The notes below the pieces were generated by a model. It saw only the letters and a program-made list of their open reading frames with translations, made no database searches and was not told the DNA's origin. Both the position numbers and the translations under genes were made by a program. Source: Obrimoposthia wandeli (lineage: Eukaryota). From it: DNA of 64,000 nucleotides. Below, in pieces: positions 41,799 through 56,751 of this stretch; within the stretch, counting starts at the first letter, position 1; the number at the start of each line of letters is the position of its first letter. The DNA lies in the NCBI GenBank assembly GCA_977020255.1, contig CDROCS010004896.1:1-64000 (forward strand), written 5' to 3'.

Positions 41799-43022
41799 TT
41801 AAGCGATTACTTTACCAACAACACCAGCGCCTACAGTACGGCCGCCTTCACGAATAGCGAAACGTAGACCTTCATCCATCGCGATTGGTGCGATTAGAGT
41901 TACAGTCAAGTTTACGTTATCACCAGGCATTACCATCTCAACGCCTTCAGGTAGCTCGCAAGCACCTGTTACGTCAGTTGTACGGAAGTAAAACTGTGGA
42001 CGATATCCTTTGAAGAAAGGAGTGTGACGTCCGCCTTCTTCTTTACCCAACACATAGATCTCTGCAGAGAAAGTTGTGTGTGGAGTAATTGAACCAGGCT
42101 TAGCCAATACTTGGCCACGCTGAACATCTTCACGCTTAGTACCACGAAGAAGGATACCGCAGTTCTCACCAGCACGACCCTCATCAAGGATCTTACGGAA
42201 CATTTCAACACCAGTACAAGTCGACTTAGTTGTATCTTTAAGACCGATAATCTCAACATCATTACCTGTGTTGATAATACCGCGCTCAATACGACCAGTA
42301 ACAACAGTACCACGACCCTGAATAGAGAAAACGTCTTCGATTGGCATAATGAAATCACCATCTACTGCGCGCTCTGGCTCTGGGATGTAAGTATCTAGAG
42401 TTTCTAGAAGCTTCTTAACAGCTGTAGTACCCATTTCGTTAGCATCTTCGCCGTTTAGGGCCATCAATGCAGAACCTGCGATGATTGGAGTATCATCACC
42501 TGGGAAATCGTATTCAGTAAGAAGCTCACGAAGCTCCATTTCTACCAATTCGATCATCTCTTCGTATTCTTCAGAATCAGCGCCGCCGCAATCTTCTGCA
42601 AGAAGGTCAGCTTTGTTCAAGAATACTACGATGTATGGAACACCAACCTGACGTGAAAGCAAGATGTGCTCACGAGTCTGAGGCATTGGGCCATCAGTTG
42701 CGCCACATACCAAGATAGCGCCATCCATTTGAGCAGCACCAGTGATCATGTTCTTAACATAATCGGCGTGTCCTGGGCAATCTACGTGTGCGTAGTGACG
42801 GTCAGTTGTTTCATACTCAACGTGAGAAGTTGCGATCGTGATACCACGCTCGCGCTCTTCTGGTGCGTTATCGATGTTAGCGAAATCAACCATTTCGCCA
42901 CCGAAAATTTCTGCAGCAACACGAGTAAGTGCAGCTGTTAGAGTTGTTTTACCGTGGTCAACGTGGCCAATGGTGCCAACGTTTACGTGGGTTTTATTAC
43001 GTTCAAATTGCGCTTTTGCCAT
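41799..43022 (-). CDS. tufA: elongation factor Tu (str-operon copy)
   Basis: [26 protein letters not shown]; follows fusA. Confidence 0.99.
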   Translation of the reverse strand: MAKAQFERNKTHVNVGTIGHVDHGKTTLTAALTRVAAEIFGGEMVDFANIDNAPEERERGITIATSHVEYETTDRHYAHVDCPGHADYVKNMITGAAQMDGAILVCGATDGPMPQTREHILLSRQVGVPYIVVFLNKADLLAEDCGGADSEEYEEMIELVEMELRELLTEYDFPGDDTPIIAGSALMALNGEDANEMGTTAVKKLLETLDTYIPEPERAVDGDFIMPIEDVFSIQGRGTVVTGRIERGIINTGNDVEIIGLKDTTKSTCTGVEMFRKILDEGRAGENCGILLRGTKREDVQRGQVLAKPGSITPHTTFSAEIYVLGKEEGGRHTPFFKGYRPQFYFRTTDVTGACELPEGVEMVMPGDNVNLTVTLIAPIAMDEGLRFAIREGGRTVGAGVVGKVIA

Positions 43023-43045
43023 GATAGCGGCTCCTATATTTTAAA

Positions 43046-45148
43046 TTAGTTAATATTCATTATTGCTTCAGTCACACTTGCTGGTGCTGCCGCATAGTTT
43101 TCAAATTCCATACTGTAAGTCGCACGGCCTTGAGATGCAGATCGCAAATCAGTAGCGTAACCAAACATCTCAGCCAATGGCACAGATGCATTGATAATCT
43201 TACCCGCTGGAATGTCTTCCATTCCCTGAATAATGCCACGTCGACGATTTAAATCACCAATAACGTCACCCATATAATCTTCAGGGGTAACCACCTCAAC
43301 TTTCATCATCGGCTCCATAAGGACAGGATCACCCTGCTGGCCCAACAATCTTGTTGCTTGAGATGCAGCAATTTTAAATGCCATTTCATTGGAGTCGACA
43401 TCGTGGAACGAACCATCAAACAAGGTTGCCTTTAGTCCCAGCAAAGGATATCCAGCAAGAATACCGTTCTGCATCTGCTCAGCAATGCCTTTTTCAATTG
43501 CCGGTATGAATTCACGAGGTATAGAACCACCCGCAATTTCATTCACAAACTCAAGCCCGTCGTCATCCTCGTTTTGAGCTGGCTCAAAACGAATTACAAC
43601 GTGACCATATTGTCCGCGACCACCTGACTGCTTAGCAAATTTGTGATCAATCTCAACCATAGAAGAGATTTTTTCACGATAAGCAACCTGAGGCTTACCA
43701 ACATTACACTCAACACTAAATTCACGACGCATTCGATCGATAATAATATCGAGGTGAAGCTCACCCATACCCGAAATAATAGTCTGACCTGTCTCCTCGT
43801 CTGTTTCCACACGGAAAGATGGATCTTCTGCGGCTAGCTTACCCAGCGCAACACCCATTTTTTCCTGGTCAGGCTGAGATCTCGGCTCAACAGCGATCGA
43901 AATAACCGGCTCAGGAAACTCCATACGCTCAAGCGTAATAATGGATTTCATATCGCACAAAGTATCACCTGTAGTGACATCTTTCATGCCGATAGCTGCA
44001 GCAATATCCCCTGCGCGGATCTCTTTGATCTCCTCGCGGTCATTTGCATGCATCTGAACCATCCGCCCAATACGTTCACGACGACCTTTAACGGGGTTAT
44101 ATACACCATCACCCTGACAAACAACGCCAGAATAAACACGCATAAACGTTAAAGTTCCTACAAACGGATCGGTTGCGATTTTAAATGCCAAAGCAGCAAA
44201 GGGTGCGTCATCACTTGCAGGACGAGTACCAATGGTCTCATCCTTGTCGTTTAACACACCTTCAATAGGCTTTACATCTTGTGGTGATGGCAAGTATTCG
44301 ATGACTGCGTCCAATACCGCCTGCACGCCCTTGTTTTTAAAGGCAGAACCACAAGATACAAGAACGATTTCGCCCGCTAGAGTTAGCTGGCGTAACGCGC
44401 TCTTTAATTCTTCTTCCGACAGATCACCCTCTTCAAGGTATTTTTCCATCAACTCATCAGACGCTTCAGCAGCCGCATCCAATAAGTTTTCACGCCATTT
44501 ATTTGCTTCATCCATCAAATCAGCAGGAATCTCTTCATAATTGAAGGTCATACCCTGATCCGCTTCATTCCACATAACGGCTTTCATTTTGACCAAATCA
44601 ACCACGCCTTTGAAGTCATCTTCAGCGCCAATGTTAATCTGCATCGGAACCGCATTAGCACCAAGACGTTCTTTTAGTTGCTTTACAACCATAAAGAAGT
44701 CCGCACCCGTGCGATCCATTTTATTTACGAATACCATACGCGGTACTTCGTACTTATTAGCCTGCCGCCATACAGTCTCAGTTTGAGGCTGCACACCGGA
44801 AGATCCACAAAGAACAACCACTGCACCATCAAGCACTCTCAACGAACGCTCTACTTCAATAGTGAAGTCAACGTGCCCAGGAGTATCGATGATATTAATA
44901 CGATGCTGATCAAACTGCTTCGACATCCCCGACCAAAAGCACGTAGTAGCCGCAGAAGTAATGGTAATACCACGCTCCTGCTCCTGCTCCATCCAATCCA
45001 TCGTTGCTGCACCATCGTGCACCTCACCTATCTTGTGAGATACACCAGTGTAGAACAATACACGTTCGGTCGTTGTTGTCTTACCAGCATCAACATGCGC
45101 AACAATACCAATATTACGATAGAGAGCGAGTTCAGTAGTACGGGCCAC
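43046..45148 (-). CDS. fusA: elongation factor G (str-operon copy)
   Basis: [23 protein letters not shown]; between rpsG and tufA; GTG start. Confidence 0.98.
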   Translation of the reverse strand: MARTTELALYRNIGIVAHVDAGKTTTTERVLFYTGVSHKIGEVHDGAATMDWMEQEQERGITITSAATTCFWSGMSKQFDQHRINIIDTPGHVDFTIEVERSLRVLDGAVVVLCGSSGVQPQTETVWRQANKYEVPRMVFVNKMDRTGADFFMVVKQLKERLGANAVPMQINIGAEDDFKGVVDLVKMKAVMWNEADQGMTFNYEEIPADLMDEANKWRENLLDAAAEASDELMEKYLEEGDLSEEELKSALRQLTLAGEIVLVSCGSAFKNKGVQAVLDAVIEYLPSPQDVKPIEGVLNDKDETIGTRPASDDAPFAALAFKIATDPFVGTLTFMRVYSGVVCQGDGVYNPVKGRRERIGRMVQMHANDREEIKEIRAGDIAAAIGMKDVTTGDTLCDMKSIITLERMEFPEPVISIAVEPRSQPDQEKMGVALGKLAAEDPSFRVETDEETGQTIISGMGELHLDIIIDRMRREFSVECNVGKPQVAYREKISSMVEIDHKFAKQSGGRGQYGHVVIRFEPAQNEDDDGLEFVNEIAGGSIPREFIPAIEKGIAEQMQNGILAGYPLLGLKATLFDGSFHDVDSNEMAFKIAASQATRLLGQQGDPVLMEPMMKVEVVTPEDYMGDVIGDLNRRRGIIQGMEDIPAGKIINASVPLAEMFGYATDLRSASQGRATYSMEFENYAAAPASVTEAIMNIN

Positions 45149-45167
45149 AGGGTTGTCCTTAAGCTAA

Positions 45168-45638
45168 TTAGAAACGGTAATGAGAGAAAGCTTTGTTAGC
45201 TTCTGCCATACGGTGAACATCTTCACGTTTCTTAACAGCTGAACCTTTGCCTTCTGCTGCGTCAATCATTTCGTTAGCTAAGCGCTGAGCCATGGATTTT
45301 TCACCACGGGCACGAGCAGCATCAACCAACCAACGCATAGCAAGAGCCATACGACGTGAAGGACGAACTTCAACAGGTACTTGATAAGTAGCACCACCTA
45401 CACGGCGGCTTTTAACTTCGACTGAAGGCTGGATGCTTTCCAATGCCTTGTCAAAAATTTCTAGTGCGTTGTCATTACCTTTTGCAGTAATGCCATCAAG
45501 TGCACCATATACTACGCCTTCGGCGATAGATTTCTTTCCACTAACCATTACGATGTTAATGAATTTAGCTAGCGTTACATTACCAAACTTTGGATCTGGC
45601 AATATGTCGCGTTTTGCAGCGACGCGTCTTCTAGGCAT
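45168..45638 (-). CDS. rpsG: 30S ribosomal protein S7
   Basis: [16 protein letters not shown]. Confidence 0.99.
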   Translation of the reverse strand: MPRRRVAAKRDILPDPKFGNVTLAKFINIVMVSGKKSIAEGVVYGALDGITAKGNDNALEIFDKALESIQPSVEVKSRRVGGATYQVPVEVRPSRRMALAMRWLVDAARARGEKSMAQRLANEMIDAAEGKGSAVKKREDVHRMAEANKAFSHYRF

Positions 45639-45759
45639 GATAAGCCCTCATTTAATTAGGTCTTCAGGTCAGTCTGAGATCTTAACAATAGATTAAAATG
45701 ACTCAGCCTTACTCTTATCTAAAATACTTCTCACATTAGTCAAAAAGACTAATTGAAAC

Positions 45760-46131
45760 TTACTTAGGACGCTTCGCACCGTACTTAGAACGGCCTTGGC
45801 GACGATCAGAAACACCAGACGTATCCAATGCACCACGAACTGTGTGGTAACGAACACCCGGTAAATCTTTAACACGACCACCGCGGATTAATACCACGCT
45901 GTGCTCTTGTAAGTTGTGACCTTCACCACCGATGTAGGAAGATACTTCAAAGCCATTGGTCAAACGTACACGACACACTTTACGAAGCGCTGAGTTAGGC
46001 TTCTTAGGTGTGGTGGTGTATACACGAGTACAAACACCACGACGTTGAGGACATGCTTGCAATGCACGTACGTCACTCTTCGCCACTTGACGCTTACGAG
46101 GCTTACGAACCAATTGGTTAATAGTAGCCAT
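45760..46131 (-). CDS. rpsL: 30S ribosomal protein S12
   Basis: [20 protein letters not shown]. Confidence 0.99.
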   Translation of the reverse strand: MATINQLVRKPRKRQVAKSDVRALQACPQRRGVCTRVYTTTPKKPNSALRKVCRVRLTNGFEVSSYIGGEGHNLQEHSVVLIRGGRVKDLPGVRYHTVRGALDTSGVSDRRQGRSKYGAKRPK

Positions 46132-46192
46132 TTGTAAACTCCACTAGTTTATATATGCGCCAAGACAATCCTGGCACATAAAAGGGGCCGAG

Positions 46193-46221
46193 AGCATAAT
46201 GCCCTAGCCTTATAAGGTCAA
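46193..46221 (-). promoter_or_regulatory. sigma70 promoter of the str operon
   Basis: TTGACC-17 bp-TATGCT, GC-rich discriminator CTCGGCCCC. Confidence 0.65.
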
Positions 46222-46285
46222 GAGTTATTGATTAGAATTCGACCGATTCAGCCGTTTCTAAGCAAGCTCCTAACCACGTTTATCA

Positions 46286-46321
46286 AAAAAGGGGAGATTG
46301 GTTACCCAATCTCCCCTTTTT
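46286..46321 (-). terminator. terminator after rpoC
   Basis: Perfect 16-bp IR AAAAAGGGGAGATTGG / CCAATCTCCCCTTTTT. Confidence 0.85.
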
Positions 46322-46342
46322 AATCACGCTGTTAACTTAAGC

Positions 46343-49300
46343 TTATTTATCACTAAAGGCTTCAGTTAAACGCGCTTCAACTTCATCAGCACTGGCAGAC
46401 ATGCCGCCGGCTGCTTTCAGTTTGTCAGCTTCACGAAGATCGCGCTTACGCTTACGTTCTTTGTGGTAAGCCAAACCTGTACCTGCAGGAATCAAACGAC
46501 CTACAACTACGTTTTCTTTCAGACCACGTAGACTATCAACTTTACCCGTTACCGAACCTTCGGTTAGTACACGAGTTGTTTCCTGGAACGATGCAGCCGA
46601 GATGAACGATTCAGTTGCCAAAGATGCTTTCGTAATACCAAGTAGTACACGCTGACCTTTTGCAACAATCTTATCTTCAGTGCTCAATTCATCATTCTGC
46701 TTAAGGAAAGCGTTAAACTCTACCTGTTCGCCCTGAATGAAGGTTGAATCACCAGACTGATCAATCAATACCTTACGCAACATCTGACGTACGATAACTT
46801 CGATGTGCTTATCGTTAATACCAACGCCCTGCAGACGATATACTTCCTGCACTTCGTTAGTAATATAAACAGCCAACTCACCGATGCCTAGAAGACGTAG
46901 AATATCATGAGGGTTCATTGGGCCATCAGAGATAACCTCACCCTTTTCAACTTTTTCGCCTTCAAATACGTTCAGGTGACGCCACTTAGGAATCAACTCT
47001 TCGTATACATCAGAACCATCTGTTGGACTGATAACTAAACGTTTCTTACCCTTAGTCTCTTTACCGAAGCTAACAGCACCAGAAACTTCCGCTAAAATAG
47101 CAGGTTCCTTTGGCTTACGCGCTTCGAACAAATCAGCAACTCGTGGCAGACCACCGGTAATATCTTTGTTACCAGAAGATTCTTGAGGAATACGGGCAAT
47201 TGCATCACCCACTTTCACTTCAGCACCATCTTCATGGTTTACCAAGGCATTAGGCGGTAACAGATACTGTGCAGGTGTATTAGCACCTGGCAACATTACA
47301 TCTTCACCAGCGTCATCAACCAACTTAACCATTGGGCGAATATCTTTACCCGCTGCTGGACGAACTGCAGGATCAATCACTTCAATGTTAGAAAGACCGG
47401 TTAGCTCATCAACCTGACGGTTAATAGTAATACCTTCATCCATACCAACGAACTGTATACGACCTTTCACCTCAGTAATAATTGGGTGAGTGTGTGGATC
47501 CCAGCTTGCCACTTTCTGGCCAGCTTCAACCGCATCACCATCTTTCAATGAAATTACAGCACCATAAGGAAGCTTATACAGCTCACGCTCACGACCGTGT
47601 TCATCAGCAAGAGTAATCGAACCAGAACGAGATACAGCAACCAGCTCGCCTGTTTCCTTAGTTACAGTCTTCATATTGTGAAGACGAACAGTACCCTTGT
47701 TTTTAACCTGTACGCTATCCGCAGCAGATTGACGAGATGCAGCACCACCAATGTGGAACGTACGCATCGTCAACTGTGTACCCGGCTCACCGATCGACTG
47801 TGCAGCGATAACACCAACAGCTTCACCAGCGTTAACCAAGTGGCCACGACCTAAGTCACGACCATAACAGCTTGCACAAATACCCTGACGGGTTTCACAC
47901 GTAATGGCAGAACGAACGTAAACTTCATCGATCCCCATTGCTTCAATTTTTTCTACCCATTGCTCATCAATCAACACACCGCGTTCAACGGCTAGTTCAT
48001 CTTCTGCGCCAGGCTTAAATACGTCTTTAGCAACAGTACGACCCAAGATACGAGTACCTAGTGGCACTACTACATCACCGCCTTCAATTAGCGGAGTCAT
48101 TTCTACGCCGTGCTCAGTACCACAATCGCTCTCGGTAACTACCAAGTCTTGTGCTACGTCTACTAGACGACGAGTCAAGTAACCCGAGTTTGCTGTCTTC
48201 AATGCTGTATCGGCTAGACCTTTACGAGCACCGTGAGTAGAGGTGAAGTACTGCTGTACGTTCAAACCTTCACGGAAGTTAGCAACAATCGGTGTTTCAA
48301 TAATCGAACCATCCGGCTTGGCCATCAAACCACGCATACCGGCTAGCTGACGAATCTGAGCTGGGCTACCACGAGCGCCAGAGTCAGCCATCATATAAAC
48401 CGAGTTGAATGACTCTTGCTCGATGTCCGTTGGGTTACCATTACGGTCAAGAACCGGTTCAGTACTCAAGTTGTCCATCATCGCCTTCGCCACTACTTCG
48501 TTAGCGCGAGACCAAATATCAACTACTTTGTTGTACTTCTCGCCTTGGGTTACAAGACCGGAAGCAAACTGACTTTCAATTTCTTTTACTTCAGCATCCG
48601 CTTCAGCAACGATAGTTGCCTTTGCATCAGGAATAACGAAATCGTTAACACCAATCGATACACCAGAAATCGTTGCATACTCAAAACCGGTATACATGAT
48701 TTGGTCAGCGAAGATAACGGTATCTTTCAAACCAACGCGACGATAAGCCGTGTTAAGTAAGTTAGAAATCGCTTTCTTCTTCATTGGCTGGTTAACCAAA
48801 TCGTAAGATAGACCTTCTGGTACGATGCGGAATAACAATGCACGCCCAATCGTTGTATCAACAACCTTAGTCGTTGCAACAGAACCACCTTGGTGATCGT
48901 TTACAACTTCACTGATACGTACCTTAACTTTGGCTTGTAAATCAGCCATGCCGCTGCCATAAGCACGCGTCACTTCATCAAGGTTCGCCAAGAACATGCC
49001 TTCGCCTTTAGCGGCTACACGTTCACGAGTCATCCAATAAAGACCCAATACAACATCCTGTGAAGGAACGATAATTGGTTCACCGTTGGCTGGCGATAGT
49101 ACGTTGTTCGTTGCCATCATCAAGGCACGAGCTTCAAGCTGAGCTTCAATTGTTAACGGTACGTGTACCGCCATTTGGTCACCATCGAAATCGGCGTTAT
49201 AGGCCGCACAAACCAATGGGTGCAATTGAATCGCCTTACCTTCAATCAAGGTAGGCTCGAACGCTTGAATACCCAATCTGTGCAATGTTGGTGCACGGTT

Positions 49301-50569
49301 TAACATGATTGGGTGTTCACGAATTACTTCAGCAAGGATATCCCATACTTCAGCTGTTTCGCGCTCAACCATCTTCTTAGCGGCTTTAATCGTAGTCGCT
49401 AGACCACGGTGCTCAAGCTTGCTGAAGATGAATGGCTTAAATAATTCCAATGCCATCTTCTTAGGAAGACCACACTGATGTAAGCGTAACTTAGGTCCAA
49501 CTGTAATTACAGAACGGCCTGAGTAATCAACTCGCTTACCTAGTAGATTCTGACGGAAACGACCCTGCTTACCTTTAATCATATCGGCAAGAGATTTCAG
49601 AGGACGCTTGTTAGAACCCGTAATAGCACGACCACGACGACCGTTATCTAATAACGCATCTACAGACTCTTGCAACATACGCTTTTCGTTACGTACGATG
49701 ATGTCTGGAGCACTTAGCTCTAAAAGACGCTTTAAACGGTTGTTACGGTTAATCACTCGACGATATAAATCGTTCAAGTCAGAAGTCGCAAAACGACCAC
49801 CATCCAGCGGTACTAACGGACGAAGATCCGGCGGTAGAACTGGTAGAACCGTCATAATCATCCACTGCGGATTATTACCTGAGTTGTAGAATGCTTCTAG
49901 CAACTTAAGACGCTTGGATAATTTCTTAATTTTTGTTTCAGAGTTAGTTGCAGGAATTTCTTCGCGCAAAGTCTGAATCTCTTCATCTAAAATGATGTGA
50001 GATAATAAGCCTTGAATCGCTTCAGCACCCATCTTAGCTTCAAATTCGTCGCCGAATTCTTCAATCGCTTCGTAGTACTGTTCGTCATTCAATAGCTGAC
50101 CGACTTCAAGAGTGGTCATGCCTGGCTCTGTAACTACGAAAGATTCATAATAAAGAATACGTTCGATGTCACGTAACGTCATGTCTAGCATTAAACCAAT
50201 ACGGGATGGTAATGATTTAAGGAACCAGATGTGCGCTACTGGGCTCGCTAGGTCGATGTGACCCATGCGATCACGACGTACTTTAGATTGTGTAACTTCT
50301 ACGCCACACTTCTCACAAATTACGCCACGGTGCTTCAGACGCTTGTACTTACCGCACAAACATTCAAAGTCTTTAATTGGGCCGAAAATACGCGCACAAA
50401 ACAAACCGTCACGTTCAGGTTTGAAAGTACGATAGTTGATGGTCTCTGGCTTCTTAACTTCACCATAAGACCAAGAACGGATCATATCTGGCGATGCCAA
50501 GCCAATGCGGATCGCATCAAACTCGTCAGCATTCGACTGATTTCGAAGAAAATTAACTAAGTCTTTCAT
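46343..50569 (-). CDS. rpoC: RNA polymerase beta' subunit
   Basis: NADFDGD catalytic motif, N-terminal zinc finger. Confidence 0.99.
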   Translation of the reverse strand: MKDLVNFLRNQSNADEFDAIRIGLASPDMIRSWSYGEVKKPETINYRTFKPERDGLFCARIFGPIKDFECLCGKYKRLKHRGVICEKCGVEVTQSKVRRDRMGHIDLASPVAHIWFLKSLPSRIGLMLDMTLRDIERILYYESFVVTEPGMTTLEVGQLLNDEQYYEAIEEFGDEFEAKMGAEAIQGLLSHIILDEEIQTLREEIPATNSETKIKKLSKRLKLLEAFYNSGNNPQWMIMTVLPVLPPDLRPLVPLDGGRFATSDLNDLYRRVINRNNRLKRLLELSAPDIIVRNEKRMLQESVDALLDNGRRGRAITGSNKRPLKSLADMIKGKQGRFRQNLLGKRVDYSGRSVITVGPKLRLHQCGLPKKMALELFKPFIFSKLEHRGLATTIKAAKKMVERETAEVWDILAEVIREHPIMLNRAPTLHRLGIQAFEPTLIEGKAIQLHPLVCAAYNADFDGDQMAVHVPLTIEAQLEARALMMATNNVLSPANGEPIIVPSQDVVLGLYWMTRERVAAKGEGMFLANLDEVTRAYGSGMADLQAKVKVRISEVVNDHQGGSVATTKVVDTTIGRALLFRIVPEGLSYDLVNQPMKKKAISNLLNTAYRRVGLKDTVIFADQIMYTGFEYATISGVSIGVNDFVIPDAKATIVAEADAEVKEIESQFASGLVTQGEKYNKVVDIWSRANEVVAKAMMDNLSTEPVLDRNGNPTDIEQESFNSVYMMADSGARGSPAQIRQLAGMRGLMAKPDGSIIETPIVANFREGLNVQQYFTSTHGARKGLADTALKTANSGYLTRRLVDVAQDLVVTESDCGTEHGVEMTPLIEGGDVVVPLGTRILGRTVAKDVFKPGAEDELAVERGVLIDEQWVEKIEAMGIDEVYVRSAITCETRQGICASCYGRDLGRGHLVNAGEAVGVIAAQSIGEPGTQLTMRTFHIGGAASRQSAADSVQVKNKGTVRLHNMKTVTKETGELVAVSRSGSITLADEHGRERELYKLPYGAVISLKDGDAVEAGQKVASWDPHTHPIITEVKGRIQFVGMDEGITINRQVDELTGLSNIEVIDPAVRPAAGKDIRPMVKLVDDAGEDVMLPGANTPAQYLLPPNALVNHEDGAEVKVGDAIARIPQESSGNKDITGGLPRVADLFEARKPKEPAILAEVSGAVSFGKETKGKKRLVISPTDGSDVYEELIPKWRHLNVFEGEKVEKGEVISDGPMNPHDILRLLGIGELAVYITNEVQEVYRLQGVGINDKHIEVIVRQMLRKVLIDQSGDSTFIQGEQVEFNAFLKQNDELSTEDKIVAKGQRVLLGITKASLATESFISAASFQETTRVLTEGSVTGKVDSLRGLKENVVVGRLIPAGTGLAYHKERKRKRDLREADKLKAAGGMSASADEVEARLTEAFSDK

Positions 50570-50631
50570 GTTCTATTTTTGCTCCGTTTGCAGTTAAGCG
50601 GCTAGTCTCCTAGCCGCCTGCACTGATACGA

Positions 50632-53600
50632 TTACTCGTTAATTAACTCGATGTCGATACCTAGCGAACGAATCTCTTTAACTAATACGTTAAAGGATTC
50701 TGGCATGCCAGGCTCCATACGGTGATCGCCGTCTACGATGTTTTTATACATCTTAGTACGACCAGCAACGTCATCCGACTTCACAGTCAACATTTCTTGA
50801 AGAGTATAAGCAGCACCATAAGCTTCTAGTGCCCATACTTCCATCTCCCCGAAACGCTGGCCACCAAACTGAGCTTTACCACCAAGTGGTTGCTGAGTTA
50901 CTAGGCTGTACGAACCAGTAGAACGAGCATGCATTTTATCGTCAACCAAGTGGTTCAACTTAAGCATGTACATATAACCAACCGTCACTGGACGATCGAA
51001 AGAGTTACCAGTACGGCCATCAAACAAGGTCATCTGACCTGATTCAGGCTGATCGGCCAAGCGTAACATACGCTTGATTTCAACTTCTTTCGCACCATCG
51101 AATGCCTGCGTACCCATAGGTACACCGCCACGTAGGTTATGAGAAAGCTCTAGAATCTCTTCATCACTGAAGCTTTCTAGATTTTCTTTCGTATACGTAT
51201 CGTCACCGTTATAAATTTCTTCAAGCAGTGCACGAATGTCGGCAACAGCACGCTGCTGCTTCAACATTGCGTCGATCTTTTCACCCAGACCTTTCGCCGC
51301 TAGACCCAAGTGAATTTCCATCACCTGACCAACGTTCATTCGCGAAGGTACACCTAGTGGGTTCAATACGATATCTACAGGGGTACCCTGAGCATCGTAT
51401 GGCATATCTTCAACCGGCATAACCGCTGAGATAACACCCTTGTTACCGTGACGCCCAGCCATCTTATCACCCGGCTGGATTTTCCGCTTAATTGCCAAGT
51501 AAACTTTAACAATTTTCAGAACGCCTGGTGCTAGATCATCACCACTTTGCAGTTTGCGCTTCTTATCTTCGAACTTTTCGTCCAATTCAGTCGCACGCTC
51601 TGCTAACTGCTGCTCAGCTTGCTCAATTTGCTCTGCTAACGCTTCGTCTTGTGGACGAATACGGAACCAATCATCAGCCGTTAGAGTTTCTAAGTATTCA
51701 GCTGTTAACGTATCGCCTTTAGCCAAACCTGTTGCTGCGTTAACTTTTGCACCGACTAGGGCACGCTGTAAACGCTCAAAGGTTGCGCCGCGAACGATGC
51801 GTAATTCTTCATTCAAATCTTTGCGCACTTCGTCCAGCTGCATTTGCTCAATTTCACGAGCTCGCTGGTCTTTTTCAACACCGTCACGGGTGAAGACTTG
51901 TACGTCAATGATAGTACCTGTGGTGCCGGTCTTAACACGTAAAGAAGTATCTTTAACGTCAGAAGCCTTTTCACCAAAAATGGCACGTAATAGTTTTTCT
52001 TCTGGCGTAAGCTGCGTTTCACCTTTAGGTGTCACCTTGCCTACTAGAATATCACCGGCTTTAACTTCAGCACCGATGTAAACAATACCAGACTCATCCA
52101 ACTTACCTAATGCAGACTCACCTACGTTTGGAATATCTGAAGTAACTTCTTCAGCACCTAACTTAGTATCACGAGCAACACAGGTTAATTCTTGGATATG
52201 AATCGTCGTTAATCGATCTTCCTGAGCAACACGCTCTGAAAGCAAGATCGAATCTTCGAAGTTGTAACCATTCCACGGCATAAATGCGATGCGGAAGTTC
52301 TGACCAAGGGCTAGCTCACCTAAATCGATAGATGGACCGTCTGCCATGATGTCACCACGTACAACCATGTCGCCAGCTTTCACAAGCGGCTTTTGGTTAA
52401 TACAGGTGTTCTGGTTAGAACGTGTGTATTTGGTTAGGTTGTAGATATCCACACCTGCATCACCAGCAGGAGTTTCGTCGTCGTTTGCTTTCACAACGAT
52501 GCGGCTTGCGTCAACAGACTCAATCACACCACCACGAAGGGCAACCGCACATACACCAGAATCACGAGCAACTGCGCTCTCAATACCAGTACCTACAAGA
52601 GGCTTCTGAGCAATTAACGTAGGCACTGCCTGACGCTGCATGTTCGATCCCATCAATGCTCGGTTAGCATCATCGTGCTCTAAGAACGGAATCAACGAAG
52701 CAGCGATAGAAACCATCTGCTGTGCCGATACATCCATTAATGTTACCGAGGCCGGTGACATCATGGTGGAATCGTTCTTATGACGAACAGGAATCAAGTC
52801 GCCTAATAAATTGTTGTTCTCATCTACTGGTACAGATGCCTGTGCAATTACGTGATCAGCTTCTTCAATTGCAGAAACATAAATCACTTCGTCACTAATT
52901 AGGCCATCTTTAACAATACGGAATGGAGTTTCCAAGAAACCGTAGTTGTTAGTACGAGCATAAGTTGCCAATGAGTTAATCAGACCAATGTTTGGTCCTT
53001 CAGGTGTTTCAATCGGACATACACGACCATAGTGAGTCGCGTGAACATCTCGCACCTCAAAACCAGCACGTTCACGAGTCAAACCACCTGGGCCTAATGC
53101 AGAGATACGACGTTTGTGCGTCACTTCTGATAGCGGGTTGTTTTGATCCATAAACTGAGACAACTGCGAAGAGCCAAAGAACTCTTTCATCGCTGCTGCA
53201 ACAGGTTTTGCGTTAATCAAATCTTGTGGCATTAAGCCTTCAGATTCAGCCATTGATAGACGTTCACGAACGGCACGCTCTACACGTACAAGACCAACAC
53301 GGAATTGGTTCTCTGCCATTTCACCTACAGAACGAATACGACGGTTACCCAAGTGGTCGATATCGTCCACTTCACCTTGACCATTACGAATGCTGATCAG
53401 AGTATGTAATACCGCAATGATGTCATCTTTGCCTAATGTACCAGCGCCTGTCGTTTCTTCACGACCGATACGACGGTTGAACTTCATACGACCTACAGCG
53501 GATAAGTCATAACGCTCTTCAGAGAAGAACAAGTTCTCAAACAATGCTTCTGCTGATTCTTTCGTTGGCGGCTCACCTGGGCGCATCATACGATAGATTT

Positions 53601-54705
53601 CAACAAGTGCTTCCAAACGATTACGAGTAGGATCGATACGCAAGGTATCTGAAATAAATGATCCACAATCTAATTCGTTGGTATAGATAGTTTCAAAAGT
53701 ATCTATTTTCGCATCGCGAAGAGTTTCTAGTACTTCTTCTGTTAACTCTGCATTACATTCCGCAATGACTTCGCCTGTTGCTGCATCGATGATGTCTTTT
53801 GCAAGTGCTTTGCCATACAAGTATTCAGAAGGTACAGGCAGTTCTTCTACCTTAGCTTTTTCTAACTGACGAATGTGACGCGCAGTAATACGACGACCAC
53901 TTTCTACAATAACGTTGTCTTTACCGTCTTTGATATCAAACGCCGCAGTTTCACCACGTAAGCGCGAAGGTATCAGTTTCAGTTTTGCGTCTTCAGCAGA
54001 CAACATATAAGTATCGTTATCGTAGAACATCTCCAACACTTCTTGAGTGCTGTAGTCTAGCGCACGCAACAAGATAGTTGCAGGCAGCTTACGACGACGG
54101 TCAATACGGACATAAACTAGGTCTTTTGGATCGAACTCGAAGTCCAACCAAGAACCACGGTAAGGAATTACACGGGCGTTGTATAACAACTTCCCAGATG
54201 AATGCGTCTTACCTTTGTCGTGATCATAGAACACGCCAGGGGAACGGTGTAACTGAGATACGATTACACGCTCAGTACCATTAATGATAAAGGTACCGTT
54301 GTCAGTCATCAGAGGCATTTCGCCCATGTAGACTTCCTGTTCCTTAATATCTTTAATAGCTTTTGTTGAAGAGTCTTTATCATAAATGATCAAGCGTACT
54401 TTAACGCGCAAAGGCGCCGCAAAAGTAACGCCACGCGACATACATTCTTTTTCATCGAATGTCGGCGTGCCTAAACGGTAGCTCACATATTCTAATGCCG
54501 CATTGCCCGAATAACTTACGATCGGGAATACAGATCTAAATGCAGCATTAAGACCAATATCGTCAGAGCCATCTTGCTGAACTAACTGCAAGAACTTGCG
54601 ATATGAATCGATTTGAATGGCCAATAAAAAAGGCACATCCATCACGGTTGGTAATTTTCCGAAATCCTTACGGATTCGTTTCTTCTCAGTATATGAGTAA
54701 GCCAT
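50632..54705 (-). CDS. rpoB: RNA polymerase beta subunit
   Basis: [30 protein letters not shown]. Confidence 0.99.
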   Translation of the reverse strand: MAYSYTEKKRIRKDFGKLPTVMDVPFLLAIQIDSYRKFLQLVQQDGSDDIGLNAAFRSVFPIVSYSGNAALEYVSYRLGTPTFDEKECMSRGVTFAAPLRVKVRLIIYDKDSSTKAIKDIKEQEVYMGEMPLMTDNGTFIINGTERVIVSQLHRSPGVFYDHDKGKTHSSGKLLYNARVIPYRGSWLDFEFDPKDLVYVRIDRRRKLPATILLRALDYSTQEVLEMFYDNDTYMLSAEDAKLKLIPSRLRGETAAFDIKDGKDNVIVESGRRITARHIRQLEKAKVEELPVPSEYLYGKALAKDIIDAATGEVIAECNAELTEEVLETLRDAKIDTFETIYTNELDCGSFISDTLRIDPTRNRLEALVEIYRMMRPGEPPTKESAEALFENLFFSEERYDLSAVGRMKFNRRIGREETTGAGTLGKDDIIAVLHTLISIRNGQGEVDDIDHLGNRRIRSVGEMAENQFRVGLVRVERAVRERLSMAESEGLMPQDLINAKPVAAAMKEFFGSSQLSQFMDQNNPLSEVTHKRRISALGPGGLTRERAGFEVRDVHATHYGRVCPIETPEGPNIGLINSLATYARTNNYGFLETPFRIVKDGLISDEVIYVSAIEEADHVIAQASVPVDENNNLLGDLIPVRHKNDSTMMSPASVTLMDVSAQQMVSIAASLIPFLEHDDANRALMGSNMQRQAVPTLIAQKPLVGTGIESAVARDSGVCAVALRGGVIESVDASRIVVKANDDETPAGDAGVDIYNLTKYTRSNQNTCINQKPLVKAGDMVVRGDIMADGPSIDLGELALGQNFRIAFMPWNGYNFEDSILLSERVAQEDRLTTIHIQELTCVARDTKLGAEEVTSDIPNVGESALGKLDESGIVYIGAEVKAGDILVGKVTPKGETQLTPEEKLLRAIFGEKASDVKDTSLRVKTGTTGTIIDVQVFTRDGVEKDQRAREIEQMQLDEVRKDLNEELRIVRGATFERLQRALVGAKVNAATGLAKGDTLTAEYLETLTADDWFRIRPQDEALAEQIEQAEQQLAERATELDEKFEDKKRKLQSGDDLAPGVLKIVKVYLAIKRKIQPGDKMAGRHGNKGVISAVMPVEDMPYDAQGTPVDIVLNPLGVPSRMNVGQVMEIHLGLAAKGLGEKIDAMLKQQRAVADIRALLEEIYNGDDTYTKENLESFSDEEILELSHNLRGGVPMGTQAFDGAKEVEIKRMLRLADQPESGQMTLFDGRTGNSFDRPVTVGYMYMLKLNHLVDDKMHARSTGSYSLVTQQPLGGKAQFGGQRFGEMEVWALEAYGAAYTLQEMLTVKSDDVAGRTKMYKNIVDGDHRMEPGMPESFNVLVKEIRSLGIDIELINE

Positions 54706-54815
54706 CAGTTATCCCCAGACTGTCCGCTCAATGGGTTTTATGCCCATGATCAAGGATATATCCATGTGATTAATATCACAGCAGCCCGCAGGCCATTAAC
54801 TTTCTTCCAAAACGC

Positions 54816-54850
54816 GAAAAAGGCCGACAGGAAACTCCCGTCAGCCATTT
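54816..54850 (-). terminator. attenuator-type terminator between rplL and rpoB
   Basis: Minus strand GGCTGACGGG / CCTGTCGGCC stem followed by TTTTT; same position as the known rplL-rpoB attenuator. Confidence 0.6.
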
Positions 54851-54900
54851 TCTGCTATTAAACTCTATACAGAGCCTAACAACATTGCAACAAGCTGAAA

Positions 54901-55272
54901 TTACTTAATTTCAACAAGTGCGCCGGCTTCTTCAAGCGCAGCTTTAGTTTCGTCAGCTTCTTCTTTAGATACGCCTTCCTTAACAGGAGAAGGAGTACTT
55001 TCAACAAGACCTTTAGCTTCTTTCAGGCCTAAACCTGTGATGCCACGAACAGCCTTGATTACAGCAACTTTCTTATCGCCAGCGCCAGTCAAGATAACGT
55101 CAAACTCAGTTTGAACATCAGCACCGCCAGCGTCGCCGCCAGCAGCAGGACCAGCCGCAGCAACAGCTGCAGTTACGCCGAATTTTTCTTCCATTGCTTC
55201 AATCAATACAACAACGTCTGATACAGACATTTCAGCAATGGCATTAAGGATATCTTCGTGAGATACAGACAT
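54901..55272 (-). CDS. rplL: 50S ribosomal protein L7/L12
   Basis: [17 protein letters not shown]; start set at MSVSHE. Confidence 0.99.
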   Translation of the reverse strand: MSVSHEDILNAIAEMSVSDVVVLIEAMEEKFGVTAAVAAAGPAAGGDAGGADVQTEFDVILTGAGDKKVAVIKAVRGITGLGLKEAKGLVESTPSPVKEGVSKEEADETKAALEEAGALVEIK

Positions 55273-55357
55273 GAGTCTATTCCTATCAATGTTGGGCAAT
55301 TGCCCATTTAATCTTTTATAAACGGCTTAATTTGTTTTTGCTTAGCAAAAAACGAAA

Positions 55358-55852
55358 TTAAGCGGCTTGCTCTTCTTTCTGATCGCGAACGGCCGCAATA
55401 GTGCGAACCAATTTGCCAGCAGCTGCTTCTTTAATCGTGCCCATAAGCATAGAGATTGCTTCGTCATAAGTAGGCAATGTTGCCAACTTAGCGATGTCAG
55501 TCAATTCGCCTTCGAAAGCACCGGCTTTCAACTCAAACTTAGCATTTGCTTTAGCGAACTTACTTAGGATACGGGCAGCCGCACCTGGATGTTCGTTAGA
55601 AAACGCTATTAAAGTTGGGCCAACAAAGGTGTCTATTAGACACTCAAAGTCTGTACCTTCTACTGCGCGACGAGCCAATGTGTTACGTACGACTTTAATC
55701 CATACGCCAGCATCACGGGCTTCTTTACGCAGAGCAGTCATAGCTCCAACTGTTACGCCGCGAGAATCCGCAACTACACCAGATAAAGCTAACTTAGCAG
55801 CAGTCTGGACTTCAGCAACGATCGCTTGTTTTTCTACAAGTCCTAAAGCCAC
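55358..55852 (-). CDS. rplJ: 50S ribosomal protein L10
   Basis: LRKEAR, VVRNTL; GTG start. Confidence 0.99.
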   Translation of the reverse strand: MALGLVEKQAIVAEVQTAAKLALSGVVADSRGVTVGAMTALRKEARDAGVWIKVVRNTLARRAVEGTDFECLIDTFVGPTLIAFSNEHPGAAARILSKFAKANAKFELKAGAFEGELTDIAKLATLPTYDEAISMLMGTIKEAAAGKLVRTIAAVRDQKEEQAA

Positions 55853-55939
55853 AATGAACTCCTAACTTTCAATGAACCCCAAAGGGTTCTTTTAATTCGG
55901 TGGGTTGTTAATAACAAACGAATTTGTAATTAACAGGGG

Positions 55940-56020
55940 CCACACCATTTGCGTAGGTGATTATTAAGCAAATAACTCGTTAGCAGAGCCTTTTAGCCAT
56001 TTGCACCTACGGTCTTTAAT
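55940..56020 (-). promoter_or_regulatory. L10 (rplJ) leader RNA
   Basis: AAGACCGTAGGTG...CTTAATAATCACCTACGCAAATGGTG upstream of rplJ fits the L10/L12 leader pattern. Confidence 0.6.
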
Positions 56021-56055
56021 GGCTCAAGCAAGTAAACTTGTCGAACCCCAAAGAA

Positions 56056-56751
56056 TTAGATAGCCAACGCGCCGAAATCGACGGTTAAACCAGGACCCAT
56101 AGTCGTAGACAGAGTCACTTTTTTCAAATAAGCACCTTTAGCAGAAGAAGGCTTAGCTTTCTTCAAATCAACCAATAGGGCTTCTAAATTTTCTTTGATC
56201 TTATCAACAGAGAAATCAGCTTTGCCGATTGTGCTGTGGATAATACCATTCTTGTCATTTCTGTAACGAATCTGACCAGCTTTTGCGTTCTTAACAGCAG
56301 TAGCTACATCAGGAGTTACTGTGCCAACTTTAGGGTTAGGCATAAGTCCACGAGGACCTAGAACCTGACCAAGCTGACCAACAACACGCATTGCGTCTGG
56401 AGATGCAATTACAACGTCAAAATTAAGGTCGCCGCCTTTCATTTGAGCTGCAAGATCGTCCATACCTACAACGTCTGCACCAGCTGCAAGTGCTGCTTCA
56501 GCATTTGCGCCTTGAGTGAAAACTGCAACACGTACAGTTTTACCAGTACCGTGTGGTAGCACAGTAGAGCTACGAACGTTCTGATCAGATTTACGCGCAT
56601 CGATACCTAAGTTTACCGCAACATCTAGTGCTTCTGTAAACTTAACTTTTGATACTTCAGCCAATAGTGCAACAGCTTCTTCTACAGAATAAAGCTTGCC
56701 TGCTTCAATTTTTTCAGCGATTAGCTTTTGACGCTTAGAGATTTTAGCCAT
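56056..56751 (-). CDS. rplA: 50S ribosomal protein L1
   Basis: [18 protein letters not shown]. Confidence 0.99.
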   Translation of the reverse strand: MAKISKRQKLIAEKIEAGKLYSVEEAVALLAEVSKVKFTEALDVAVNLGIDARKSDQNVRSSTVLPHGTGKTVRVAVFTQGANAEAALAAGADVVGMDDLAAQMKGGDLNFDVVIASPDAMRVVGQLGQVLGPRGLMPNPKVGTVTPDVATAVKNAKAGQIRYRNDKNGIIHSTIGKADFSVDKIKENLEALLVDLKKAKPSSAKGAYLKKVTLSTTMGPGLTVDFGALAI